Below are positions 16,178 through 25,248 of a DNA stretch of 37,665 nucleotides, piece by piece (position 1 is the first letter of the stretch; each line of letters starts with the position of its first letter). The DNA lies in sequence record SRR31156797_11979; one strand, written 5' to 3'. The position numbers and the translations under genes were made by a program. The notes beneath the pieces are model-generated. The model did not search any database. It was not told the origin of the DNA and saw only the letters and a program-made list of their open reading frames with translations.

Positions 16178-18691
16178 TTATTCGAATCGTTGATCCGTCT
16201 TGGTCAGATCAAAGTCCAGCAGCGTTGTGCCGGGACAGATGGCAGCGAGCATCTTGACCGGGCTCATGTATAGTGATGTCCAGTCGAAGGTTAGCTTTAA
16301 AGTCCGTTCATTTATTTCTTCGAATTTGACCAGCATGGGACGGATATTTTTCTCCTTCACCTTTTTCTTGGTGGTGTGGGAGACAATGTATTCATCTGAC
16401 TGGGCGTATTCGCGCAGACGGTCCATTTTGTCTTTGGCTTCTTCTTCGGAGCAGGTGAAGATCAGGGTGAAGTCTTCTACTTCCGGATGTTTCTGCTTTT
16501 TGGACAAAGTCAGCGGATCAGCACCAACAATTTTCATACCCATGGGCATCTGCTTGTTGAGGCGATCCACCAGATCCTGCGCGCTGATTTCAGTGCGTAG
16601 CATGATGTTCATCCATTCTTTCAGGCTTTCCACGCCAACAGGCAGTGCGCGCCCGAAGGACATGCGCGGCATGGGGTGGAAGCCCTGCGAGAAGGTCAGC
16701 GGCAGTTCTGCGCGACGCATGGACCTTTCAATTACAGGCTGCAGGTCCAGCTGGGACAGGTAAGCAGAAGTTCCGGTTTTTGTGTACCAGAGCCTGAAAT
16801 GGCTGCCCTTGATGCCGAGGTCCGGCTTTTCTTCCTGAACGAAGTCAGGAACATCTCCAGTCTGGTCACGGGTTTCAAAGACCATTTTCGGACGCAGGTC
16901 CATTTCAGCTGCCTGCTTTTCAAGCAGTGATTTGCGGCCATCAAAGTTGCAGACCCCGCAATTGCGGCATTCTTCGTAACGGCAGTCCCCGGTGATTTTT
17001 TCGGAGATACCGCGTTTAAGTTCCGCGAGCAGGAATCGTTTGCTGACCCCGGCAGAGAGGTGATCCCATGGAAGACGGGCATCATGGTCCCGTGCTCCGG
17101 TGAATTCTTCGGGATCAAGTCCTTCCTCTTCCATGGCCTCAAGGAAAGGCTCAAGTTTGAAGTGGTCCTTCCAGCTGGAGAAGAGAGCTCCTTTTTTGTA
17201 AACCCTTTCAACTACAGGGGCGAGCCTACGGTCACCGCGGGAGAAAATACCTTCAAGGAAGGTCATGCGCGGGATATGGGATTTCATGTTAATGCGCTTC
17301 TGCTTGCTGAATTTTTCGCGCATGTAATCCAAACGTTCCCCGATTTCTTCAAGGGAAATCTGGCGTTCCCACTGAAATGGGGTGTGCGGTTTGGGCACGA
17401 AGGGCGAAACAGCAGCTGTGATGTTCAGCTTCTTGATGTGTCTGCCTGCTACATCGCGAACTTTGACGCAAAGGTCGACAATTGCATCAAGGTCTTCGAA
17501 AGTCTCAGTGGGCAGGCCGATCATGAAATAGAGTTTGATATTCTGCCAGCCGTTTTCATAGAGCATGAGTGCGTGGTCCAGCAGGGCTTCTTCGGTGATA
17601 CCTTTGTTGATCACGTCACGCATACGCTGACTTCCTGCTTCAGGAGCAAGGGTGGCTCCGGTGCGGCGGATGGTGGCAATACGTTCCATGATCGGTTCGG
17701 AAAGAGAACCTACACGCAAAGACGGCAGTGAAATAGAAATCTGTTCAGCTGCGCAGTTATCGAAGCACTGGGCGAAAAGTGTATCCAGAGCGGAATAATC
17801 CCCGGTGCTCAGCGAAAGGAAAGAAGTTTCCTCGTATCCGGTTTCTTCCAGACCCTCCATAAGAGTCTTGGTCAGTGTCTCCGGAGTGCGCTCGCGAACC
17901 GGGCGGTAGATGATCCCTGCCTGACAGAAACGGCAGCCACGGGTGCAGCCACGGGCAATTTCCATGGTCAGGCGGTCATGGATGACCTGACCGTAAGGCA
18001 GAATCTGTTCCTTGGGAAAGGGGATGGGTTCGAAGTCTTCCACCACAGCTTTTTCCACAAAGAAGTCGCCGGGATTCTCGGGATCGAAAAATTCGGGAAT
18101 ATAGATACCGGGCAGTTCGGCAAGTTTTTCAAGGCGTGCTTTGCGGCCCTGTCCCTGTTCTTTGCACTCGGCAATGATTTCCATAACCTTGATGATGGAT
18201 TCTTCGCCGTCTCCGAGCATGATCACATCAAAGAAATCTGCCACAGGCTCGGCATTGAAGCAGGCTCCGCCACCGCCAATGATCAGCGGACAGGAATCGT
18301 CGCGGTCAGCCGCTTTGAGCGGGATGCCGGCAAGATCGAGCATGAACAGTACGTTGGTGTAGCACAGCTCATGGGTCAGACTGATGCCCAGCGCGTCCAC
18401 ATCTTTCAGCGGAGTGTCGCTTTCAAGGGTGGCCAGCAGCTCACCGTGTTCACGCATGATTTCAGCAGTTTCTTCACAGGGGGTGTAGACTCGCTCGGCG
18501 TAGAAATCATCATGCTTGTTGACGATCTCATAAAGTATTTTCTGGCCGAGGTAGGACATGCCGATCTCGTAAAGATCCGGGAAACCAATGGCGATATGAG
18601 CCTTGACCTTAGCGGGGTCCTTGTGGACGGAACCCCATTCCGAACCCAGATAACGGGTAGGGCGGGGCAAAAGGGGGAGCAGCTTTTTCAA
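16178..18691 (-). CDS. TIGR03960-type radical SAM protein fused to a C-terminal radical-SAM-linked (DUF2344/TIGR03936-like) domain
   Basis: PTRYLGSE, FPDLYEIGMS, RGCTRGCRFCQAG (CxxxCxxC), APEAGSQRMR, FVPKPHTPFQW, Cys-rich DCR...C.NCGVC, then YLSQLD...FSQGFHPMPRMSFGRALPVG. Confidence 0.88.
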   Translation of the reverse strand: MKKLLPLLPRPTRYLGSEWGSVHKDPAKVKAHIAIGFPDLYEIGMSYLGQKILYEIVNKHDDFYAERVYTPCEETAEIMREHGELLATLESDTPLKDVDALGISLTHELCYTNVLFMLDLAGIPLKAADRDDSCPLIIGGGGACFNAEPVADFFDVIMLGDGEESIIKVMEIIAECKEQGQGRKARLEKLAELPGIYIPEFFDPENPGDFFVEKAVVEDFEPIPFPKEQILPYGQVIHDRLTMEIARGCTRGCRFCQAGIIYRPVRERTPETLTKTLMEGLEETGYEETSFLSLSTGDYSALDTLFAQCFDNCAAEQISISLPSLRVGSLSEPIMERIATIRRTGATLAPEAGSQRMRDVINKGITEEALLDHALMLYENGWQNIKLYFMIGLPTETFEDLDAIVDLCVKVRDVAGRHIKKLNITAAVSPFVPKPHTPFQWERQISLEEIGERLDYMREKFSKQKRINMKSHIPRMTFLEGIFSRGDRRLAPVVERVYKKGALFSSWKDHFKLEPFLEAMEEEGLDPEEFTGARDHDARLPWDHLSAGVSKRFLLAELKRGISEKITGDCRYEECRNCGVCNFDGRKSLLEKQAAEMDLRPKMVFETRDQTGDVPDFVQEEKPDLGIKGSHFRLWYTKTGTSAYLSQLDLQPVIERSMRRAELPLTFSQGFHPMPRMSFGRALPVGVESLKEWMNIMLRTEISAQDLVDRLNKQMPMGMKIVGADPLTLSKKQKHPEVEDFTLIFTCSEEEAKDKMDRLREYAQSDEYIVSHTTKKKVKEKNIRPMLVKFEEINERTLKLTFDWTSLYMSPVKMLAAICPGTTLLDFDLTKTDQRFE

Positions 18692-18712
18692 AAGTTCAAC
18701 CCTTGGATTAAA

Positions 18713-18775
18713 TTTGATGCGCTTCGCGCTATTTATGGGAAGAGTATGCCTCCGGCAGCAGGGCCGCCGGAGGCT
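18713..18775. repeat. Composite copy of the dispersed palindromic repeat
   Basis: tttgatgcgcttcgcgct...atgcctccggc-agcagggcc-gccggaggc: inverted pair of the gccggaggc module plus a GCGAAGC mini-hairpin on the minus strand. Confidence 0.7.
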
Positions 18776-18782
18776 TTTAAAA

Positions 18783-19133
18783 CTATTTTTTCAGCAGTTC
18801 GGAAATATCTGAAACGTTACCGCCACCCATGCCTGCGCCCATGCCGCCGAGACCGCCGGTGGAGAGGGTCAGGTTGCTGGAAGCTTCGAGGTATTTGGTG
18901 GAAACATCTTCAGGACAGTTCTGGTAGGTATAGAGAATGTGGCGGCCTTCGATTTCACCTTCGATTTCGTTATCAAAGGGGTAGCCGAAAGGCAGGATCA
19001 TCATCTGTACACCCTGCTGTGCGGGAACAGTCTGGAGCACTGCGGGATCTTTGATCAGGTCATTTTCTTCGTCCCATTTACCGATAACCATGTCGCCGTT
19101 GATGAGCTTGAAAAGTTTTACATCATAAGCCAT
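18783..19133 (-). CDS. Small hypothetical protein, possible Sm-like fold, Gly/Met-rich tail
   Basis: AAGGAG RBS; beta-rich N-terminus VKLFKLINGDMVIGK...IKDPAVLQ...MMILPF. Confidence 0.75.
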   Translation of the reverse strand: MAYDVKLFKLINGDMVIGKWDEENDLIKDPAVLQTVPAQQGVQMMILPFGYPFDNEIEGEIEGRHILYTYQNCPEDVSTKYLEASSNLTLSTGGLGGMGAGMGGGNVSDISELLKK

Positions 19134-19345
19134 TAGAATTCTCCTTATCAGGCTGCGCTAAGTTTGGCGCATTAGGCCTGTTAAAATTTCATTAGAAAAA
19201 AAAGACCGGACGGGTTTTATTAAATCCGGTTCCGGTTTGCGGTTGCGCTTTTGGGCAACTCGTAAGAATTAGTGCTTGAAGTCCGGTGTGTCAAGGCTTA
19301 GGCCGCACTGGAAGAGCAAATTGGAGAGTCCTGTTTTTGTGTGTC

Positions 19346-19918
19346 CTATCCAGTGCCAAACAGCTCTTTGTGGCGAAAACAACTCACCAGATGATCATTA
19401 ACCATTCCGGTGGCCTGCATGTAGGCATAGCAGATTGTCGGGCCTACGAAATTGAATCCACGTTTCTTCAAATCCTTGCTCATGGCTTCCGCTTCTGATG
19501 TCTTGGCAGGAACTTCTTCGGGTAATTGCCAATTATTTTGAATTGTCCGTCCATTTGTGAATTGCCAGATGTAGTTGTCAAAGCGGCCGAATTTTTCTTG
19601 AATATCCAGAAAGGCACGGGCATTGCGCACTGTGGAATTAATCTTGAGCTTGTTGCGGATGATCCCTTCGTTTTGGCGCAGGCTTTCAATTTTGGCCTCA
19701 TCGAAGCGGGCAACTATTTCGGGATCAAAATCAGCAAAGGCTTCGCGATAGTTTCCGCGTTTCTTTAAGACGGTCAGCCACGAAAGTCCGGCCTGTGCCC
19801 CCTCAAGGATGAGAAATTCAAAGTGGCGTTGGTCATCGTGCAGGGGTACGCCCCATTCAGTGTCGTGGTAGGCTATTTCAAGTTCGTGCTGTGCCCATTG
19901 GCAGCGAGGGTGGTTCAT
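19346..19918 (-). CDS. tag: DNA-3-methyladenine glycosylase I
   Basis: RCQWA, YHDTEWG, LEGAQAGLSW, IIRNKLKI, FVGPTICYAYMQATGMVNDH...C; AGGAG RBS before ATG 19918. Confidence 0.95.
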   Translation of the reverse strand: MNHPRCQWAQHELEIAYHDTEWGVPLHDDQRHFEFLILEGAQAGLSWLTVLKKRGNYREAFADFDPEIVARFDEAKIESLRQNEGIIRNKLKINSTVRNARAFLDIQEKFGRFDNYIWQFTNGRTIQNNWQLPEEVPAKTSEAEAMSKDLKKRGFNFVGPTICYAYMQATGMVNDHLVSCFRHKELFGTG

Positions 19919-19993
19919 GGGGAGTCTCCTTGGATGATGCAGAATTGTATGTGTATCACAGCGCAAATTCAATAGCAGATGATGCCAAAAATT

Positions 19994-20022
19994 AAAAACT
20001 CCCCACACGATGCGGGGAGTTT
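19994..20022 (-). terminator. Terminator after the MFS transporter gene
   Basis: aaactcccc...ggggagttt stem with a T-tract on the minus strand. Confidence 0.7.
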
Positions 20023-20109
20023 CTTGGGGGTACGGAAGTCAAATGAGCTGAACTTCCGTAAGGAGTTTCTTCAGAGATGAGCAGAACCCATTTCCCTGAT
20101 GAAATGTCG

Positions 20110-21390
20110 TTATCCTGTTGTTTCCGGGCTGGCATTTATACTTCTGTGCGGCTTCTTGAGCATTGCGATTGCTGCTGCACCGATGAAGCAGCAGACTCCG
20201 CAGATGGTGAAAGCCAGCGGGAAGTTGCCCATGTCGCCGAGTACTCCGCCAAGCAGAGGACCACCGATGCCGCCTGCACCGTATGCAAGGAAGATGTATG
20301 GGTAGTTCTGTCCCACACTTTTGGTACCGAAGGTGTCAGCAGTGATAGTGGGGAAGAGGGCGAAGTTGCCACCGAAGTTAAAGCCGATGATGGTCGCTCC
20401 CACGTAGAGCAGGAAAGTATTTCCGGCCATGGCTGTGAATGCCAGCAGTGTTGCGCCCTGAATGGCAGTCATGAGCAGAATGGAACGTTTGCGGCCCAGC
20501 TTATCGCTCATGGTTCCCCAGATAATGCGGCCCAGTCCGTTGGCGAGGCTGAAAAAGACGGCCATGGCAGTTCCTGCTATGGCGCTGGCTTCTGCTACGG
20601 TGTGACCGGATGCCTGCAATGCTTCCATGGGATAGAGTTTCATCAATCCGATGGACATGAGTCCTGCTGCTGCGCTGAAGGTAAAGGTTACAAAAATGAG
20701 AAAGAATTGGGGAGTGCGCAGCATTTCAGTGGTGCTGAAGTTTTCCTCTTCAGCATCGTTTGCTGCATCAGCATTTGTTTCGGGGTGGTAGCCTTCGGGG
20801 GCCCAGCCTTCCGGGGGAAAGCGCATGAAGATGCCGCCTGCTGCGATCATCAGACAAAAGAGCAGTCCGTAAATTGAGAAGGTGGATGAAAGGCCTATTG
20901 AGCCGATCAGGTTGCCCCATGCTCCGGCCAGTTTGACCCATGCCATGGCACCGAAGCCGAATCCGGCTACGGCCAGCCCGGTGATGAAGCCTTTTTTATC
21001 GGGAAACCAGCGCATGCCCACGGCAATGGGGACTACATAACCAAGGCCGATTCCGGCACCACCGATAAGGCCGATGAAGAGACAGAGGGCGGTAAAGCTT
21101 GTACCGCCGATGAGACCGGCAAGGGCGTACCCTGCTCCCAGCACGATGGCGCTGAGGAAAGAGAGTTTCATTGGACCCCACTGGGCGAGCTTTTTACCGG
21201 CCCAGACCATGGAGAGGGCAAAACTTACCAGCGCGATGGAAAATACAACCTGAGTCTGGAATTTATTCCATCCAGCCGCAATCAGTGACGGTGTAAATAC
21301 CGACCATGCGTAGATTGCGCCGAGTGCCAATTGCATGAGCACTGCGCCCACTACAGCAAACCATCTGTTCATCACTTTTGTTTCACTCAT
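20110..21390 (-). CDS. OFA-family (oxalate/formate antiporter-like) MFS monocarboxylate transporter
   Basis: NRW...QLALGAIYAWSVF, WFPDKKGFITGLAVAGFGFG, NGLGRIIWGTMSDKLGR, FGGNFALFP. Confidence 0.9.
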   Translation of the reverse strand: MSETKVMNRWFAVVGAVLMQLALGAIYAWSVFTPSLIAAGWNKFQTQVVFSIALVSFALSMVWAGKKLAQWGPMKLSFLSAIVLGAGYALAGLIGGTSFTALCLFIGLIGGAGIGLGYVVPIAVGMRWFPDKKGFITGLAVAGFGFGAMAWVKLAGAWGNLIGSIGLSSTFSIYGLLFCLMIAAGGIFMRFPPEGWAPEGYHPETNADAANDAEEENFSTTEMLRTPQFFLIFVTFTFSAAAGLMSIGLMKLYPMEALQASGHTVAEASAIAGTAMAVFFSLANGLGRIIWGTMSDKLGRKRSILLMTAIQGATLLAFTAMAGNTFLLYVGATIIGFNFGGNFALFPTITADTFGTKSVGQNYPYIFLAYGAGGIGGPLLGGVLGDMGNFPLAFTICGVCCFIGAAAIAMLKKPHRSINASPETTG

Positions 21391-21585
21391 TTCGTCCCCC
21401 GATGTTGAAGGTGTTCTTTTCTGTGTTTTCTAATCCGGGTATTTTTCTGCTGTTTTCCTTATCCGTGCTGCCATAAAAGCATGGCTGGTTTATTGATGCA
21501 TTCTATTTTCGGTGAACGGGAATTAAAATTATGCTTTTAGTGTTCTACATTGCTTATTTACCGTCCGCCCCGCATATTAGTCCGT

Positions 21586-22434
21586 TTACGGCTTAGGGTG
21601 TTTAATAAAAGTACCTTCCTCATATTCCTGAAAAGCTTTTTTCAGCTCTTTAGCAGTATGCATGACAATGGGACCGCGCCAGTAAATCATTTCATCGATT
21701 GGTTTTCCGCTCAGTAAAAGGAAGCTGAGTGGGCTGTTGCCCGCATTAACAGCTAGTTCATCTCCATCTTCGAACAGCACAAGTGAACGGTTCTCCACTT
21801 CCTGTCCGTTAACGGTTCCGTTGCCTGCGGTTACATAAATGAATGCGGTGTAGCCGCGCTTTGTGGGATGGATAAATTCCAGTCCGGCGGGGATGGTTAC
21901 ATCCAGATATTCAGGATCAATACCGATGCCTTTTGCAGGGCCTTTGGTTCCATTCACTTCCCCGGCAATAATTTTGATGCTTGTGCCGTCTTCGCGTTTG
22001 ACAATAGGAATATCTTCCGTACCGATTTCTCGGTATTCGGGAACGACCATTTTGTTTTCGGAGCTTAAATTGGCCCAGAGCTGAAAGCCGTGCATGGAGC
22101 CGTTTTCGTCTCCCTTGGGCATTTCCTGATGGATTATTCCGCTGCCTGCGGTCATCCATTGTACGCTTCCGGCACCGGTAACAGCTTTATTGCCGAGACT
22201 GTCACCGTGTTCCACATCACCTTTTAAGAGATAAGTGATGGTTTCAATGCCCCGGTGGGGATGCCACGGGAAGCCTTTCAGGTAATCTTCAGGATTATCT
22301 GAGCGGAAGTCGTCGAGCATGAGGAATGGGTCGAAAAGGGAGGCTTCAAAATAGCCGAAGGCCCGGTGTAGCTTTACCCCGGCACCTTCATGAACTGGTT
22401 CGCCGTAGAATATCTGTTTGATTTCACGCCGCAT
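21586..22434 (-). CDS. Pirin family protein
   Basis: DPFLMLD, GFPWHPHRGIETITY, HGDSLGN, QWMTAGSGIIHQEMP, FQLWANL, GPIVM; AGGAG RBS before ATG 22434. Confidence 0.93.
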   Translation of the reverse strand: MRREIKQIFYGEPVHEGAGVKLHRAFGYFEASLFDPFLMLDDFRSDNPEDYLKGFPWHPHRGIETITYLLKGDVEHGDSLGNKAVTGAGSVQWMTAGSGIIHQEMPKGDENGSMHGFQLWANLSSENKMVVPEYREIGTEDIPIVKREDGTSIKIIAGEVNGTKGPAKGIGIDPEYLDVTIPAGLEFIHPTKRGYTAFIYVTAGNGTVNGQEVENRSLVLFEDGDELAVNAGNSPLSFLLLSGKPIDEMIYWRGPIVMHTAKELKKAFQEYEEGTFIKHPKP

Positions 22435-22540
22435 TGTATACTCCTGCACTAAGTGTACTGAGACTATTATTTCCCATGTTAACAGTCTGGAGTGTATTTG
22501 CAAGCGGGGATATTGAGAAAGGAATGAGGCTGGGAACGGG

Positions 22541-22570
22541 AAAGGGCCGGAAAATTAATTCCGACCCTTT
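22541..22570 (-). terminator. Hairpin after the PHP hydrolase gene
   Basis: Minus strand aaagggtcggaa...ttccggcccttt immediately after the stop codon. Confidence 0.55.
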
Positions 22571-22574
22571 AAGG

Positions 22575-24887
22575 TTATTTCATCTTTGCGATTTTTTCAG
22601 GGGTCTTGCTATAGGTTACAACATCGATCCATACCGGGTTGGACCATGCTTTTTTGCCTTTGGTATCTACAACAACGATTGAGTAGTAGCTGTCTTTTAC
22701 AGCTTTGAAGGAGAGGGAGAAGTCACGGGTTATGGGCTTACCTCCGAATTTTACGGAGTCGACCACTTTCCCGTTGCTGAAGAGCTGGACTTCTTTAAGT
22801 CCATTGACGGCCTGTGCAGTGAAATTCACTGCTACTTTTTCGCCTTCGACAGCTTTTACTGTGCTTCCGAACATCACTTTAGGGAAGAGCAGCGGGCCGG
22901 TGGAGGCATATGCATTACCGTCAATCAGAGCGTTCACGAAGTTATCAGGAGTTTGCGCTCCGTCGATGTGGGCGAACATGCGGATTGCACCGCTGAGTTC
23001 GCTCCAGACATTATGGGTGTCGGTACCGGCGCTGAGATAGTATTTTGCACCCTTAGCCCAGAGGTCCTGCATACGGGCCATGGTTTTTTCCACATGCCCT
23101 GCAATGTTAAGTTCCACGAGGTCGAAGTTGGGATCGAAGCCACCGGGAACCTTGCCGTTATCAAGGGCATAGAAGTAACCGTAGGGAATGTACGGGTGGT
23201 TAGCTGCCAGCGCGGTGGCTCCCATGCTGCGGGCATCGGCGAACAGTTCCTGCACGGTTGCGGTTCCGGGCTTAACGGTCAGTTCCTGTCCAACCTCAAT
23301 GGGGAATGCACCGAAGTGTGACCAGTCCGGGGAGAGTTCAATCGAGGGAATGAACTCAAAACCGCGGATTTTGCTGAGCTTCAATACATCGTAATGGCGG
23401 TTTACGAGGTCGTGGTCACTGACGAGAGTGAAGTTAAGGCGTGCTGCCAGCTGGGAGCGAACCAGATATTCAGGAGCGGTAACACCATCAACAAGGTCGG
23501 AGTGGTGGTGCATGTCTGCGGAATACCAGTTTTTGGAAGCAGGATGGGTTACGGTTTCAATTTCAACCCGGACATTGCTTTTGCCGCCTGATTTAACTGT
23601 TGCGGCTACCTTTTCAGCTTTGGAGATGAAGGATTCGCCGGAAGCTATTTTGAAAACGTATTTACCGGGACCGAAGGGCAGTGTGATCCGGCCTGCTTTG
23701 TTCAGTTCGGTGAAGAAGGTCTGCTGACCGAGGAATTTAACCAGCGGACTTTCGCCTTCTTCAATGGTGATGCGGGCATCGATGGGCATGCCGCTGTTTT
23801 TCTCAACTACATTGAAAGTGATCTCACCGGGATATTTCATGTCTGTGAAGTTGCATTTGGCTTTTTTGCCGGACTTGAGGGTCACTTTCTTTTTGCTGCT
23901 GGAAGCGTAGCTTTTACCAGCGGCATATGCGGTGTATGTGCCCACGGGAAGAGTCACACTGTAGGTGCCGCCGTTTCCGATGGTCCAAGTGTAAGGCTTG
24001 CCGTTTTTCTCTATGATCACAACTGGATCATTCATGCTTTTACCGTCTTTGGTGGTAACCTTGCCGTTAAGCACTGCGGATTCAAGCCCTTTACGCTCGG
24101 TCTCGAATTCTACCAGCGGAGAAATATCGCCATCTGCATGGATTTCAAGCCAGCCGGGGAATTCTTTTTTGCTGCCAACCTTGAGGTCATGCGCGGTATA
24201 CATGTCCTTTGCGTTGTAGTTGATGAAATCAACGTAGGGAGCATGCAGTCCGATGGACCAGTTGTCATCGTAGTGGACAACCCAGTCGCCGAGGCCCTTG
24301 CCTTTGATGTCGCCTTTTTTCATTCCTTCAGTGCCCGGAGTCTGCATGGCGAATCCGCCTTCGGGCCAGAGCACGTAACCGGAGAGCAGGCCGTCGTAGG
24401 GTTTGGAATCATCGTTGACCATTGTGGTCTCGGCCTGAATCCTGTGCCCGCCTTTTTTCAGGGTGTAAACAGTCTGGATAGTGGTTTTTTCCCAGTCTCT
24501 GGTTACCCGAATGATTCCCTCTTCGGGGCTATTTTTAACGATTTCGATTTTCTGGTAGGTATTGGGCCAGCTGGACCAGTTGTTGGGAATGAAATCCATT
24601 AGGGCAATGTGATCCATCTCATACTGACCGTTGCGGATAACCGCACCGTCAATGATTCCCCCGCTGGGTACTCCCCAGGGGCCGGGAGTCGTTACCCCGA
24701 TGCTTACGGCCAGGTAGTCATTCTGAAGTGTAATATCTTCAGCTCCGATACATTCCCCTGCAGGGATAGGTGTTGGTCCTGTGATGATTTTTACATCTGC
24801 CTGTGCTGCTGTGCTAAAGAGAATTGTCAGCATTATTGTGAGCAGTATGCCCATCATGGAATGCTTTTTTCTAAAATCCTGTTTCAT
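22575..24887 (-). CDS. Secreted multidomain PHP-domain metallohydrolase (CehA/McbA-like)
   Basis: Signal peptide ending AQA; beta-sandwich middle domains; PHP metal ligands DMHHHS, SDHD, IELS, HFG, NHP, GTDTH; AAGGG RBS before ATG 24887. Confidence 0.8.
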   Translation of the reverse strand: MKQDFRKKHSMMGILLTIMLTILFSTAAQADVKIITGPTPIPAGECIGAEDITLQNDYLAVSIGVTTPGPWGVPSGGIIDGAVIRNGQYEMDHIALMDFIPNNWSSWPNTYQKIEIVKNSPEEGIIRVTRDWEKTTIQTVYTLKKGGHRIQAETTMVNDDSKPYDGLLSGYVLWPEGGFAMQTPGTEGMKKGDIKGKGLGDWVVHYDDNWSIGLHAPYVDFINYNAKDMYTAHDLKVGSKKEFPGWLEIHADGDISPLVEFETERKGLESAVLNGKVTTKDGKSMNDPVVIIEKNGKPYTWTIGNGGTYSVTLPVGTYTAYAAGKSYASSSKKKVTLKSGKKAKCNFTDMKYPGEITFNVVEKNSGMPIDARITIEEGESPLVKFLGQQTFFTELNKAGRITLPFGPGKYVFKIASGESFISKAEKVAATVKSGGKSNVRVEIETVTHPASKNWYSADMHHHSDLVDGVTAPEYLVRSQLAARLNFTLVSDHDLVNRHYDVLKLSKIRGFEFIPSIELSPDWSHFGAFPIEVGQELTVKPGTATVQELFADARSMGATALAANHPYIPYGYFYALDNGKVPGGFDPNFDLVELNIAGHVEKTMARMQDLWAKGAKYYLSAGTDTHNVWSELSGAIRMFAHIDGAQTPDNFVNALIDGNAYASTGPLLFPKVMFGSTVKAVEGEKVAVNFTAQAVNGLKEVQLFSNGKVVDSVKFGGKPITRDFSLSFKAVKDSYYSIVVVDTKGKKAWSNPVWIDVVTYSKTPEKIAKMK

Positions 24888-24962
24888 ATGCTTCCCTTGA
24901 TAAAATAGTAAAACAACATCTAACAATTGTATCGCGCAATACAATTTTCCAATCCTGCATAG

Positions 24963-24993
24963 AGCATAGCTTTGACCTCAAGGGGAAGGTCAA
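24963..24993 (-). promoter_or_regulatory. sigma70 promoter with 19-bp spacer and dyad operator (MerR-family type)
   Basis: Minus strand TTGACC-19 nt-TATGCT; dyad TTGACCT-N8-AGGTCAA overlaps the -35 and the spacer. Confidence 0.55.
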
Positions 24994-25248
24994 TGGCGGA
25001 TGGTTGTCGTTTGTGTAACATTATATATAAGAAAGCTCGTCCGCTAATAACCAGACTAAAGGGTAGGTCTTTTATGTAAGTCTCAATATTATTTGGGTGT
25101 TGAACTAGGATGAGAGATTTGACTTGTTGTTTTAAACAAAGGGGAGAAATAGATGAAGGTTGTAAGAATCAATATCAAGGAGTGGTTGATCTTATAATCA
25201 ATAGAAATAATAGCAATGAAGAGAAAACTTTGCCCTTAAGGGGAAGGA

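Noticed and set aside
17978..19054. 358-aa plus-strand ORF
   Set aside because: Antisense to two well-supported genes and reads through a repeat element
20077..20877. 266-aa Cys-rich plus-strand ORF
   Set aside because: Antisense shadow of the MFS gene; the Cys codons mirror Ala (GCA) codons
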